Positions 29,515-38,627 of a stretch of DNA of 64,000 nucleotides are shown piece after piece. The DNA is taken from contig CAKORR010000001.1 in the NCBI GenBank assembly GCA_934101595.1, positions 107,558 to 171,557 on the forward strand. The letters run 5' to 3'. The position numbers and the translations under genes were made by a program. Every line of letters starts with the position of its first letter. Position 1 is the stretch's first letter. Source of the DNA: an uncultured Bacilli bacterium. Its GTDB lineage: Bacteria; Bacillota_I; Bacilli_A; RF39; UBA660. The notes beneath the pieces are model-generated. The model worked only from the letters and a program-made list of their open reading frames with translations. It searched no databases and was not told where the DNA came from.

Positions 29515-31494
29515 CTATTTTAAACTTACTGGCTTTGAGTAAGTTGTTTTACCATAAATATCATCTATTTTGAATATACAAATATAATCATCACTTTTAT
29601 CTAACGATACAAATTCAAAATTATCTTTTTTGCTAGTTTCAAATTCATATCCATAAATAGTTTTATAGCTTTTCCAGTCTTTTGTGAAATTACCATTTTC
29701 ATCAAATATTTTATACCAATATGTTAAAAATTCAAAATGAGTATAATCAGAAATATTTAATACTGATTTATTCGGTAATTCATTTAAATCTTCACGTCCC
29801 CTGGTAACAACATTGGTAATTGATGGTACTCCATTTAAATCTTTAAAGTAATAGTATACAGTTTTAATATCCCATATATTGTTATCTTTTAAAGTTTCTT
29901 TATTAAAGTTTGATATGGTACCAATTGCTCTATAGCCATCTTTTTTAGTATTAACAACCTGTAAATAAGCATTATCTATTTTATTCCCGTCGTTATCACT
30001 AACCTCTTTTATTTTAATTATCTTATTAGTAATATTCGTCTTCAATACCAAATCATCAGTTAATTCACTATCATCAGATGAATAAACGAAGTTATAATAT
30101 TCATCATTCATTTTTTTAAATATCATATATGAACTATTTGCGTATTCCCGTGCTTCATCTTGAGTAAGCTGCAAACTAAATTCATTATTATTTATCTTTG
30201 GATTAGATGAAGCCATACTTTCAACTGTTAGGGCTTTACTACTATTACCACTTTTATAATTATAAAAAGCATTTATAAATGATAAATAATCTTTTCCTTC
30301 ACTAAATAATTTATAAATATCCATAGTATATAGCTGAGCCTTATCTACTCCTTTAAAAGGAAAATATAAAGATAAACCCTTTAAATTATCATCACTTGAA
30401 TAATTATATAAAATTGCTTCATTTAAAGCTTTTAATACATCATCAGATTTAACTTTAGATTCACTACCTAACTTCTCAAAGAAATTATAAGCATCTACTG
30501 TATCATATTCAGGGGCATCCTCACCAAACTGATAGACGCTTTGTCTTACTTTTGAAATTGTTCCATAATTATCTTTTATATTTAACTTTTTGACATATTT
30601 ACTTATCTCATTAAATACATTATCGATCTTTTCTAAATCTATTATTGAATATGTCGTAACCCATTGTCCGTATGGATCTAATTTTTCCACATAATCTATA
30701 TATGATTTTATAAAACTTTTGCCTAAATCAAGGGCACTTTGATTTCTATTTATTCCATTTATGAAATCATAATATCCATACAACCCACCATAAATTATTT
30801 CTTCACTTGCTACTAAGTAATCGGCATAAGGACTAAAGGTTAGTGCAACCTCAGCTGTTTGCATCAAACAAGCCGTAAACATTAGTAATTCAAGCTTATT
30901 ATCACCATTAAATGGACTACTATTAAATGCAGTTTGGAATTCCTCCAAAGTAACAATATCATTTTTGAAATAGTCATCAGTAACTGCGCCTTGCAAGGCT
31001 CCACCATGGTCATAGATTATTAAATCATATTTATCGGTTTTAGAATAATCATAAGAATAATTCAAAAATGAGCTTAAAGTATTACCATCACCCATACTTG
31101 TTATTTTATAAGATTCTAGCTTTGTGAAACCATCTTCAGTTAACTTGTAAATAGCATTCTCATCATTTCTTATGAAATTGTGCCATTTGCTAGTTCCACC
31201 AGTATATAATAATACAGTTACGTCATCTAAGTTTACTTCCTTTGGATAAATAGTATTTAAATCCAAGGTAACAGATTTTGCATCTCGTTCTAAATTGGTT
31301 CCCGAAATATATATCATTAAGGTTCTCGTGCCACCAACATTGTTATCTTTTTTCTTATTATTAAAAGATAACAAGCCTAAAAGAATAAGCAAAATAAAAA
31401 GCAATACTATAATAATTATGTAATACTTCTTCTTACTATTATTAACATCTTCTTTATTCACAATAATCACCCTACAATAAAATTTTAACAGCAA
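29515..31494 (-). CDS. membrane-anchored clostripain-family (C11) cysteine peptidase
   Basis: 659 aa with an N-terminal TM. The His motif YDLIIYDHGGALQG and Cys motif LLMFTACLMQTAEVA match the C11 catalytic dyad context (…HG… / …DAC[LM]M…). Confidence 0.6.
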   Translation of the reverse strand: MLLKFYCRVIIVNKEDVNNSKKKYYIIIIVLLFILLILLGLLSFNNKKKDNNVGGTRTLMIYISGTNLERDAKSVTLDLNTIYPKEVNLDDVTVLLYTGGTSKWHNFIRNDENAIYKLTEDGFTKLESYKITSMGDGNTLSSFLNYSYDYSKTDKYDLIIYDHGGALQGAVTDDYFKNDIVTLEEFQTAFNSSPFNGDNKLELLMFTACLMQTAEVALTFSPYADYLVASEEIIYGGLYGYYDFINGINRNQSALDLGKSFIKSYIDYVEKLDPYGQWVTTYSIIDLEKIDNVFNEISKYVKKLNIKDNYGTISKVRQSVYQFGEDAPEYDTVDAYNFFEKLGSESKVKSDDVLKALNEAILYNYSSDDNLKGLSLYFPFKGVDKAQLYTMDIYKLFSEGKDYLSFINAFYNYKSGNSSKALTVESMASSNPKINNNEFSLQLTQDEAREYANSSYMIFKKMNDEYYNFVYSSDDSELTDDLVLKTNITNKIIKIKEVSDNDGNKIDNAYLQVVNTKKDGYRAIGTISNFNKETLKDNNIWDIKTVYYYFKDLNGVPSITNVVTRGREDLNELPNKSVLNISDYTHFEFLTYWYKIFDENGNFTKDWKSYKTIYGYEFETSKKDNFEFVSLDKSDDYICIFKIDDIYGKTTYSKPVSLK

Positions 31495-31545
31495 CTTACA
31501 TTAACGTCTATTTATATATTTTTTAACATGTAAAAAGAGTGTCTA

Positions 31546-32517
31546 TTAGTCACTCTCTCCTTCTTTCAACATTGATGTAATAAATATTCCATATCCACTT
31601 TTCGGTTCATCTACCACAACATGAGTTACAGCTCCTATTATTTTATCATTTTGAATTATTGGGGAACCACTCATTCCCTGTACTACTCCTCCTGTTTTTT
31701 TAAGTAATTCATTATCTGTTATTATAAATGAAATATTCTTTGTCTTAGATGTTTCATTTATACTAGTTATCTCTATATCATATGATTTAATCTCTTCATT
31801 TTCTAGAACCGTTAAAATACTAGCCTTACCAACTACGATTTCGTCTTTAGAAGCAACTGGTAAAGCTTTGGTGCTAGGAAGAGGATCATTATAAATTCCA
31901 TATATACCCTTATTAGTATTTTTTGTTATAGTACCATATGTCATATTCTTATAAAATTTAGCATTTTTACTTCCGGGATGTCCAGACATACTTTTAGTGA
32001 TTGAGGTAATAGTATTTTTAAAAATATTACCTGTTTTTATTTCTACAATTTTATTATGGCTTGATTCCACTATTTCATGGCCTAAGGCTCCATATATATG
32101 AGTTTCAGGATCTATATAACTAAGAGTACCAATTCCAGTTATTTTGTCTTTAACATATAAACCTGTTTTATATATATTATTTTCATATATTAAATTTAAT
32201 TTAGTAGTTAATAGTTTATCATCACGTTTATAAGTTATTGTTATACTATCTTTATCATTATTTTCAATTTCGTTAGTTAATTCTAAAATGGAAGAAACAT
32301 CCTTATCATTTACTTTTTTAATATAATCTCCTACTTTTAAATTGCTTTTATTTAGTTTACCATTTATTTCATAAAATCCTATCACCATTATTCCATCACT
32401 GTTTATTTCAATACCGAGGGTGTTACCTCCTGGAATAATATATTTAGAATATGCTAAAACTTCAAATGGAAACATGAAGCACATTAAAAACAACAATATT
32501 TTTTTCAAAATAATCAC
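31546..32517 (-). CDS. spoIVB: stage IV sporulation protein B (SpoIVB S55 peptidase)
   Basis: 323 aa: signal, PDZ domain, then catalytic YGALGHEI and GMSGSPIIQNDKIIGAVTHV. Confidence 0.85.
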   Translation of the reverse strand: MIILKKILLFLMCFMFPFEVLAYSKYIIPGGNTLGIEINSDGIMVIGFYEINGKLNKSNLKVGDYIKKVNDKDVSSILELTNEIENNDKDSITITYKRDDKLLTTKLNLIYENNIYKTGLYVKDKITGIGTLSYIDPETHIYGALGHEIVESSHNKIVEIKTGNIFKNTITSITKSMSGHPGSKNAKFYKNMTYGTITKNTNKGIYGIYNDPLPSTKALPVASKDEIVVGKASILTVLENEEIKSYDIEITSINETSKTKNISFIITDNELLKKTGGVVQGMSGSPIIQNDKIIGAVTHVVVDEPKSGYGIFITSMLKEGESD

Positions 32518-32582
32518 CTAGTACTATTATTTACAATTCTAAATAAATTAAAAAAACAATAATTGGTATTTACCAATTATTG

Positions 32583-32804
32583 CTATTCTTCAACATTAAA
32601 ATCTTCAAGTTTTCCATTCTCTGCCAAAATTTTATTAACCTTTTTTGTGGCATCATTTAATTTTTCACCACAAAACTTTGCCAGTTTCATTGCTTCAGTA
32701 TATTTATTTATGGCATCATCTAAAGATACATTACCGCTTTCTAATTCTTTAACAATTTCTTCTAATTCCTGTAATGAATCTTCAAAATTTTTATTTTCTT
32801 CCAT
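32583..32804 (-). CDS. xseB: exodeoxyribonuclease VII small subunit
   Basis: 73 aa, MEENKNFEDSLQELEEIVKELESGNVSLDDAINKYTEAMKL...: canonical XseB. Confidence 0.85.
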   Translation of the reverse strand: MEENKNFEDSLQELEEIVKELESGNVSLDDAINKYTEAMKLAKFCGEKLNDATKKVNKILAENGKLEDFNVEE

Positions 32805-32828
32805 TATTATTCCTCTTTTCCTTTATAA

Positions 32829-34091
32829 TTAATCTTTTTCAATAACTTTGGCTTTTATTTTTCCATCATGGAGTCTTATATTTATGGTATCATCTATTGA
32901 AACCTCAGAACTATTCTTTATAATATGACCATTAATATCTACCAAAGAGTATCCTTTTTCTAGTATACCAAGGGGATTAACCAATTTTAAAGTATTGATA
33001 AGTAATGTATAGTCATTTCTTTTCTTATCAAATAAACTCATAGGATTTTTAAAAACATAAGACATTTTTAATTCTTTGAGTTTTGCTTCATTAGTTTGTA
33101 AAATATTTTTTATATCTTTAGTTAAGAAATCAAGTAATGTATCTAGTTTTTGCTCTTTTACTTCATACATTGCCATAGGATTTTTTAAAATAAAATTATT
33201 TTTTAAACTACGCCATTTAATAAATTTAGTGTTAACCATATTTTTTATATTTTTATTAAGTCTAATTTTTAAATTATTTAAAAGATTGTTAACATCTAAA
33301 ACTGTAGGAACAGCCATTTCAGCTGCCCCAGTTGGAGTTGGAGCCCGTAAATCTGCGACATAATCTGCAATTGTCCAATCTATTTCATGTCCAACGGCAC
33401 TTATTATTGGTGTATTTGAGTCATATATTGCATGAGCAACAATTTCTTCATTAAATGCCCACAAATCTTCAATAGATCCTCCCCCACGGCCAACTATAAT
33501 TGTATCAACACCATATTCATCTGCTCTTTTTATTTGCTTAACTATATCTTGGGCTGCTTGTTTACCTTGAACTAAACAAGGAAATAAAATAGCTTCACAT
33601 ATAGGATATCTTCTTTTAATAGTGCTCATTATATCTTTTACAGCGGCACCGGTTGAAGCGGTAACAACGCCTATTCTATTTGGATATTTAGGAATTGGTT
33701 TTTTATGCTCACTAGCAAATAATCCTTCACTAGCTAATTTCTTTTTTAATGCTTCATATTCTATATAAAGTGCTCCTAATCCATCAGGCTGCATGTTATC
33801 AACATAAATTTGGTAACTACCACTAGCTGGGTATGCACTTATTCTTCCTTCAACTAAAACATTCATTCCATCTTCGGGTGTAAAAGTAAGCTTAGATGCA
33901 TTACCATAAAACATTACAGCGTTAATTCTTGACGTATCATCTTTTAAGGTAAAATATAAATGTCCTCTTGTGTGGTTTTTAAAGTTACTAATTTCTCCCT
34001 TTAGATATACCTTATTTAAAAATGCATCATTATCTAAAATTTTTTTTATATAATTATTTAAATCACTTATCTTTAAATATTTTTCATCCAT
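32829..34091 (-). CDS. xseA: exodeoxyribonuclease VII large subunit
   Basis: 420 aa with an N-terminal OB fold (...RGHLYFTLKD...) and catalytic region (...RGGGSIEDLWAFNEE...). Confidence 0.85.
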   Translation of the reverse strand: MDEKYLKISDLNNYIKKILDNDAFLNKVYLKGEISNFKNHTRGHLYFTLKDDTSRINAVMFYGNASKLTFTPEDGMNVLVEGRISAYPASGSYQIYVDNMQPDGLGALYIEYEALKKKLASEGLFASEHKKPIPKYPNRIGVVTASTGAAVKDIMSTIKRRYPICEAILFPCLVQGKQAAQDIVKQIKRADEYGVDTIIVGRGGGSIEDLWAFNEEIVAHAIYDSNTPIISAVGHEIDWTIADYVADLRAPTPTGAAEMAVPTVLDVNNLLNNLKIRLNKNIKNMVNTKFIKWRSLKNNFILKNPMAMYEVKEQKLDTLLDFLTKDIKNILQTNEAKLKELKMSYVFKNPMSLFDKKRNDYTLLINTLKLVNPLGILEKGYSLVDINGHIIKNSSEVSIDDTINIRLHDGKIKAKVIEKD

Positions 34092-34095
34092 ATAA

Positions 34096-34494
34096 TTATT
34101 TATCCTTACTAATCTTATCTAAAACAGCATTAATCATTTTACGAACGGCATCATCACTATACTTCTTAGCAAGTTCAAGAGCTTCATTAATCACTACTAA
34201 AGACGGCGTATCTGTATACATAAGTTCATAGATACCAATTCTTAATATAGTGGCCCCAGTTTTATCTAAGCGATCTATATTCCAATCAACCATATATTTA
34301 TTAGCAAGACTATTAATTGCTTCCATATTTGTAATAACGCCATATACTACGTCTTTAACAAATTCATTTTCAATATCAATGTTATTTTTTATAATATCAT
34401 CAATATTTTCTTTGATATGATTAGAGGTCATTATATCATATTGATATAAGATAATCATACATTTTTCCCTTAATTCAGATCTACTTAAAGCCAT
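34096..34494 (-). CDS. nusB: transcription antitermination factor NusB
   Basis: 132 aa all-helical protein with the NusB pattern (...ILYQYDIM..., ...DRLDKTGATILRIGIYEL...). Confidence 0.85.
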   Translation of the reverse strand: MALSRSELREKCMIILYQYDIMTSNHIKENIDDIIKNNIDIENEFVKDVVYGVITNMEAINSLANKYMVDWNIDRLDKTGATILRIGIYELMYTDTPSLVVINEALELAKKYSDDAVRKMINAVLDKISKDK

Positions 34495-34559
34495 AATAAC
34501 ACCTCAACTTAATTGATTATAACACGTTTAAAAAAAAAATACATTAAATAATGTATCTT

Positions 34560-36086
34560 TTAACTAATATTTAAATCTGCAAATGTATTTGTCGAATAAT
34601 ATCCAAATTTAACGTTATTTTGATTTAAACTTGTATTACCTTCGAAAGGTTTATACTTAGTAGAACTAAGTGTTATTGTTTTATTAATTGTTAAACTATT
34701 TAATTTATTATTTTTAAATGCCGATGAATCAATGGTTACTTCGGAGTTTATCTCTAACTCTGTTATGTTATTACTAGAAAAAGCGTTGTCGCCAATTTCT
34801 TTAAGAGTTGTCGGTAAATAAACATTTGTTAATCCACAATTGGAAAACATTTGCTGTGCTATTTTTTCTAGCCCTTCAGGTAATTCCAATTTAGATATTT
34901 TAATCCCAGGAAAGTATTCATAATCTCCTAAATTCAATTGTTTTAATTTACTTAAATCCACAAGATTGTAAAAACAATCTGTTCTATCTGAGTCATACAT
35001 GCAACTTGCAGAGTTATATAAACCAATTATATAATCTGTACCCATTACTACTTCGGTAGGATTATTTCCAGAATAGTCTGTGCCGCTTTTTAAATACATA
35101 AACTTTATACCATTGTATACGCTGCTGCCATCGTCATTTGTATAGTCGTCGCCAATGCCAATCATTGAATTTGGAATACTAAACAAATCTTTGCTTACTT
35201 CATCAGATAATTCACTATATCTTATAATGCTTTTCGTTTCATAACCACTTTCGCTCGCATCAAATTGATTTACTGCAGCACTTAACGTATTATAATTAGC
35301 TTCGTCAAGAATTACATAAACGTCTTTTGATTCATTTGTGTCTTGATAATATAAAACATTTCCCTTTTGAAAAGCCGGGTTAATCATATTTTTTGGCGTT
35401 ATTCCTTTAATTGTTTCGGGAACTATTATATTTTCACCACATTTATAATTGTTATAGTAACCCAAAAGTCCATTTGATCCTATCAAGAAACAATCTTCGC
35501 TACTTTCTTTTATCCCCTTTTGTGTTTGGCTTGCTACTACTACTACTTTACTATCAAACACCTTATTTTGTTCGGTCATTGGTGTATTTTCATCCATCCA
35601 CATTTTTATACTATGAGTTTTGCTTTTATCCTTTTCACTTGTTCCTAATACTCCAACATATAGTTCTTTATCAAATCTTGCATTTGCCTCTTTTTTGACA
35701 TTTACTGTTTCATATTTAGTAAGAGCTCTTCCCACTTTATTATCTAGAGCTATTTTTATATTACTTTCATCTATATAATTTGTATTTGTGCTATTTGTTA
35801 ATGCCTCTAAATTTACAGAATATGATATTTCATTATTACAATTATTTGTTACGGTAAATTGATATCCGCTTCCTTTTATTCCTTCGCTATCTGGTGTTGG
35901 AAATGTATTATTTAGGGCTATTCCATCTCCATTATCACTAAAGTTTATATCCAAACATGACGAAGTTAATGTATTTACTCCACTTTGACTTTTTGTTACT
36001 TGCCATAACGCATATGTTCCTGCTACTACTAGCGTTATTAATAACATTACTATTATGCTTGTTAAAATTATCTTCCTCTTATTCAT
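34560..36086 (-). CDS. exported surface protein, paralog 2 (TasA-like signal + LRR), driven by a poly-G-containing promoter
   Basis: 508 aa. Residues 5-225 are identical to paralog 1, then a mosaic divergent middle and a similar LRR C-terminus. RBS GAAGGTAGG. Confidence 0.6.
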   Translation of the reverse strand: MNKRKIILTSIIVMLLITLVVAGTYALWQVTKSQSGVNTLTSSCLDINFSDNGDGIALNNTFPTPDSEGIKGSGYQFTVTNNCNNEISYSVNLEALTNSTNTNYIDESNIKIALDNKVGRALTKYETVNVKKEANARFDKELYVGVLGTSEKDKSKTHSIKMWMDENTPMTEQNKVFDSKVVVVASQTQKGIKESSEDCFLIGSNGLLGYYNNYKCGENIIVPETIKGITPKNMINPAFQKGNVLYYQDTNESKDVYVILDEANYNTLSAAVNQFDASESGYETKSIIRYSELSDEVSKDLFSIPNSMIGIGDDYTNDDGSSVYNGIKFMYLKSGTDYSGNNPTEVVMGTDYIIGLYNSASCMYDSDRTDCFYNLVDLSKLKQLNLGDYEYFPGIKISKLELPEGLEKIAQQMFSNCGLTNVYLPTTLKEIGDNAFSSNNITELEINSEVTIDSSAFKNNKLNSLTINKTITLSSTKYKPFEGNTSLNQNNVKFGYYSTNTFADLNIS

Positions 36087-36106
36087 AACTACCTACCTTC
36101 TATTTA

Positions 36107-36137
36107 ACTATACCCCCCCCCCCGCGTATTTTGTCAA
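36107..36137 (-). promoter_or_regulatory. promoter with an 11-nt G homopolymer inside the -35/-10 spacer (putative phase-variation switch)
   Basis: Minus-strand reading is TTGACA (reverse complement of 36132-36137), AAATACGC, G×11 (plus-strand C run 36113-36123), then TATAGT (reverse complement of 36107-36112). Spacer is 19 nt. ATG lies 21 nt further downstream. Confidence 0.6.
36113..36123. repeat. homopolymeric C11 (G11 on the coding strand) tract
   Basis: Counted directly: C at 36113-36123. An 11-nt G/C run in a genome of very low GC. Confidence 0.9.
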
Positions 36138-36164
36138 GCAAAAAAACACGATATATTCGTGTTT
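36138..36164 (-). terminator. intrinsic terminator downstream of the 36177-36548 gene, abutting the -35 box
   Basis: Minus-strand hairpin AAACACG-AATATAT-CGTGTTT followed by TTTTTT, then GCTTGACA. Confidence 0.55.
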
Positions 36165-36176
36165 ACATATGCAAAT

Positions 36177-36548
36177 CTAATTATTATGAGCACTATCATT
36201 ATTTAGTGCCATTGATTCAATCTTAATACTATCACTAGCATTTTCAATGTCTTTTGAAACTTCTGTATCAGTACCTTGTTCAGCTTCTACAGTGTCGTTA
36301 ATAAACTTTGTCATATCGGCAAGTTCGTTTTGTAATGTTTCAATAATAGATTGTGATCCACTATTACAAAAGCTATTAAAATCTTCAAAAAATCTTTCGC
36401 TTTTTGGTCCGATCCATGATTTGTTTTCTTCAAGATTTTTAAAGTCTTTTAAAATGGTTTCAATATTTACGATAGTTGAATTCATATAGTCTTTTAACTT
36501 TGATGATATATTTAAAACTTCATCTGTATTTATATATTTTTCTTGCAT
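36177..36548 (-). CDS. WXG100-like small helical protein (W-I-G-P-K-S subtype)
   Basis: 123 aa with a central ...ENKSWIGPKSERFFEDF. Homologous to the 40493-40810 protein (YWLGPKSAIFAEKI). Acidic C-terminal tail. Confidence 0.6.
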   Translation of the reverse strand: MQEKYINTDEVLNISSKLKDYMNSTIVNIETILKDFKNLEENKSWIGPKSERFFEDFNSFCNSGSQSIIETLQNELADMTKFINDTVEAEQGTDTEVSKDIENASDSIKIESMALNNDSAHNN

Positions 36549-36555
36549 AATTCAC

Positions 36556-36825
36556 CTACCTATAAATATCTATTTGTTGATACTCTTTAATATATCTTGA
36601 AAGTTTTTCATTATAATTTTTTAATCCATTAACTACTTTTCTTAGATATACAAGGGTTTCTCCATTTATGTGCCTATCGAATGCTCTTTGATATTTACTA
36701 CTCCAAGCTGTGGTATTACCTGTTAAGTTTTGAATTAATGGAATATTTTCTTGCACTCTTTGGATTAATGTAGCGATATCTTGACAAGCATCAGAAACAT
36801 CTTGATATTTAATTTTTGTATTCAT
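36556..36825 (-). CDS. small helical WXG100-like partner protein (degenerate W-S-S)
   Basis: 89 aa, ...TAWSSKYQRAFDRHINGETLVYLRKVV... Homologous to the 40823-41095 protein (GEWKGKYQEEYDNHINGKTEKYLRKLV). Confidence 0.5.
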   Translation of the reverse strand: MNTKIKYQDVSDACQDIATLIQRVQENIPLIQNLTGNTTAWSSKYQRAFDRHINGETLVYLRKVVNGLKNYNEKLSRYIKEYQQIDIYR

Positions 36826-36840
36826 AATAATCTCCCTTTT

Positions 36841-38511
36841 TTATGAAGCTTTATTTGCTTTCGCATAAATGTTGCCTGTATTTATATAAGAACCTTTTTC
36901 TAATCTTGTATCAACCCCTTGTTTCTTTTGATAATAATTGGCAATCTCATCAGCACTTTTACCTGCTAACTCTTCTTCAGTAAAGTCTGTTTTAGCATAT
37001 TCCAAATGCAAATGGGTTCCAGATGATCGGCCTGTACTTCCCATTATACCAATTGGACTATCGTCTGTTATAACATCGCCGGCTTTAACTTTAGGAGTCT
37101 CTCTTAAGTGGGCATATCTACTCATATAATACGATATAGTTCCATCATCATTTATTACCTCGTGAAGCATAACAACTTCATTACCATAGCCATAATTTGA
37201 ATGTCCTGAATAGACTACAACTCCCTCTTGGATAGGTTTTATAGAAACATTTTCTCGTGATCCCTCAGGAACATAATCACAGCCCCTATGGTCAAAATAA
37301 CCATTACCAGTGCCGTCTTCACTCCATCTCGAATCTATGTATGAACTAATTCTATATGCGTTATTTAATGGCAAATTTATATCTGTTTTTTCAAAAGAAG
37401 AGGCTTCAACGCTCCAACTTGATTTTGAAAGTTTTTCGTAAGAAGCTAATTTATTTATAACTAATGGCTCTATTTCTTCTTTCTCGGCATCAATATAAGT
37501 TTTAGTTACATTTCCTAAATCATTAGAAGCACCTTTTACAGTTGAAGCTAAACCAGGGATTATTATAACTTGGCCAACTTCTATTTGATTTGGGTTAGAA
37601 ATAGTATCTCTATTTGCTTCATATATTTCTTCCCAATCAACACCATACTTTTCAGCAATTTTACTTAATGAGTCACCGCTTGCAATAGTGTATTTCAAAG
37701 GCTCTGTTTTTTTCTCTCCTTCTACTTCCTCATTTAAAGTTTCATCTGCTAAATCTATTAAAACAACGTCTTCATTATTCTCATATTTTGTAATATTATC
37801 AATATGATTTTTACTTTTAACTATAACATCTGTAGCAGCACTTTTTATTTTCTCGATATTTTTTATGATAACACTTCTAAAAGTGCCAATTGGTTCTCTT
37901 ATTATTTTCGCTTTACCATTATACTTTGATATAACTTCCAAAGTACGATTATCATATGTTGAATTACCTAAAGCAGTAATTGTATTTTCACATATTGTAA
38001 TAAGATTTTCGAATAAAGTCGTAACGTTTTCTGCAAAATCTGTTTGGATGCCGAAAACTTCATTTCTTATCATGCCCTGAACTGCAGGTATATTCCAATA
38101 AATTTTAAATTCTTCTCGTAAAATACCAATTCTACGTTGAGTATCAATAAGTTTATTTTTAGCCCTATAATATTCTTGCATATAATGTTCCCATACGGAT
38201 GTCGAAGCCGTACCATCATTTACATGTTCTTTCATAACGGCACAATTATCAAGAGCATCCATAAATTGCTGAAGATCTATTTTTTCTTCTTCAACAAGTA
38301 TAACCATTTCATCTAATTTATTTATTTGATTGATTACATTATTAACAGATGGATATCCAACACTATTAACCATATCTCTTAACTTTTGGCCAACTTGAAA
38401 AGCAACAAACCCCACCCAAGGATCGCTTTCGCTATCACCAAAAAGAGAATTCGGAGCAATTCTTCGAGAAGTTAAAATCCAATTTTGTAAATCAGTTGTA
38501 TTTATGGCCAT
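36841..38511 (-). CDS. LXG/WXG-like N-terminal domain + LysM + M23 (LytM-type) metalloendopeptidase (candidate effector I)
   Basis: 556 aa with no signal peptide. N-terminus has SLFGDSESDPWVGFVAF (L-x-G and W-x-G). LysM at YTIASGDSLSKIAEKYGVDWEEIYEANRD...GQVIIIPG. M23 motifs FDHRGCD (HxxxD) and GTHLHLEY (HxH) are intact. Confidence 0.65.
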   Translation of the reverse strand: MAINTTDLQNWILTSRRIAPNSLFGDSESDPWVGFVAFQVGQKLRDMVNSVGYPSVNNVINQINKLDEMVILVEEEKIDLQQFMDALDNCAVMKEHVNDGTASTSVWEHYMQEYYRAKNKLIDTQRRIGILREEFKIYWNIPAVQGMIRNEVFGIQTDFAENVTTLFENLITICENTITALGNSTYDNRTLEVISKYNGKAKIIREPIGTFRSVIIKNIEKIKSAATDVIVKSKNHIDNITKYENNEDVVLIDLADETLNEEVEGEKKTEPLKYTIASGDSLSKIAEKYGVDWEEIYEANRDTISNPNQIEVGQVIIIPGLASTVKGASNDLGNVTKTYIDAEKEEIEPLVINKLASYEKLSKSSWSVEASSFEKTDINLPLNNAYRISSYIDSRWSEDGTGNGYFDHRGCDYVPEGSRENVSIKPIQEGVVVYSGHSNYGYGNEVVMLHEVINDDGTISYYMSRYAHLRETPKVKAGDVITDDSPIGIMGSTGRSSGTHLHLEYAKTDFTEEELAGKSADEIANYYQKKQGVDTRLEKGSYINTGNIYAKANKAS

Positions 38512-38595
38512 ATTACCACGTCTCTTTCCCTATTCTTTATCATGTTAATTATAATATTATTCTCACATTAAATCAATTATAAAATTAAATACATT

Positions 38596-38623
38596 AAAAT
38601 AAAAATTACAGGGCACCCTGTAA
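38596..38623 (-). terminator. GC-rich intrinsic terminator between the LysM-SLT and LysM-M23 genes
   Basis: Minus-strand hairpin TTACAGGG-TG-CCCTGTAA (plus 38606-38623) followed by TTTTTATTTT. A TTGATT-17nt-TATAAT promoter candidate follows at about 38540-38575. Confidence 0.55.
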
Positions 38624-38627
38624 TCTT

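Noticed and set aside
36140-36165. Palindromes AAACACG-N7-CGTGTTT, AAACATATG-N7-CATATGTTT and AATGTTTACA-N7-TGTAAACATT as LexA (GAAC-N4-GTTC) or CcpA cre (TGTAA-N4-TTACA) sites
   Set aside because: - Half-site identity and orientation do not fit either consensus: AAAC rather than GAAC, and TTTACA...TGTAAA is the inverse orientation of cre.
- The first two are followed by U-runs and are better explained as intrinsic terminators.
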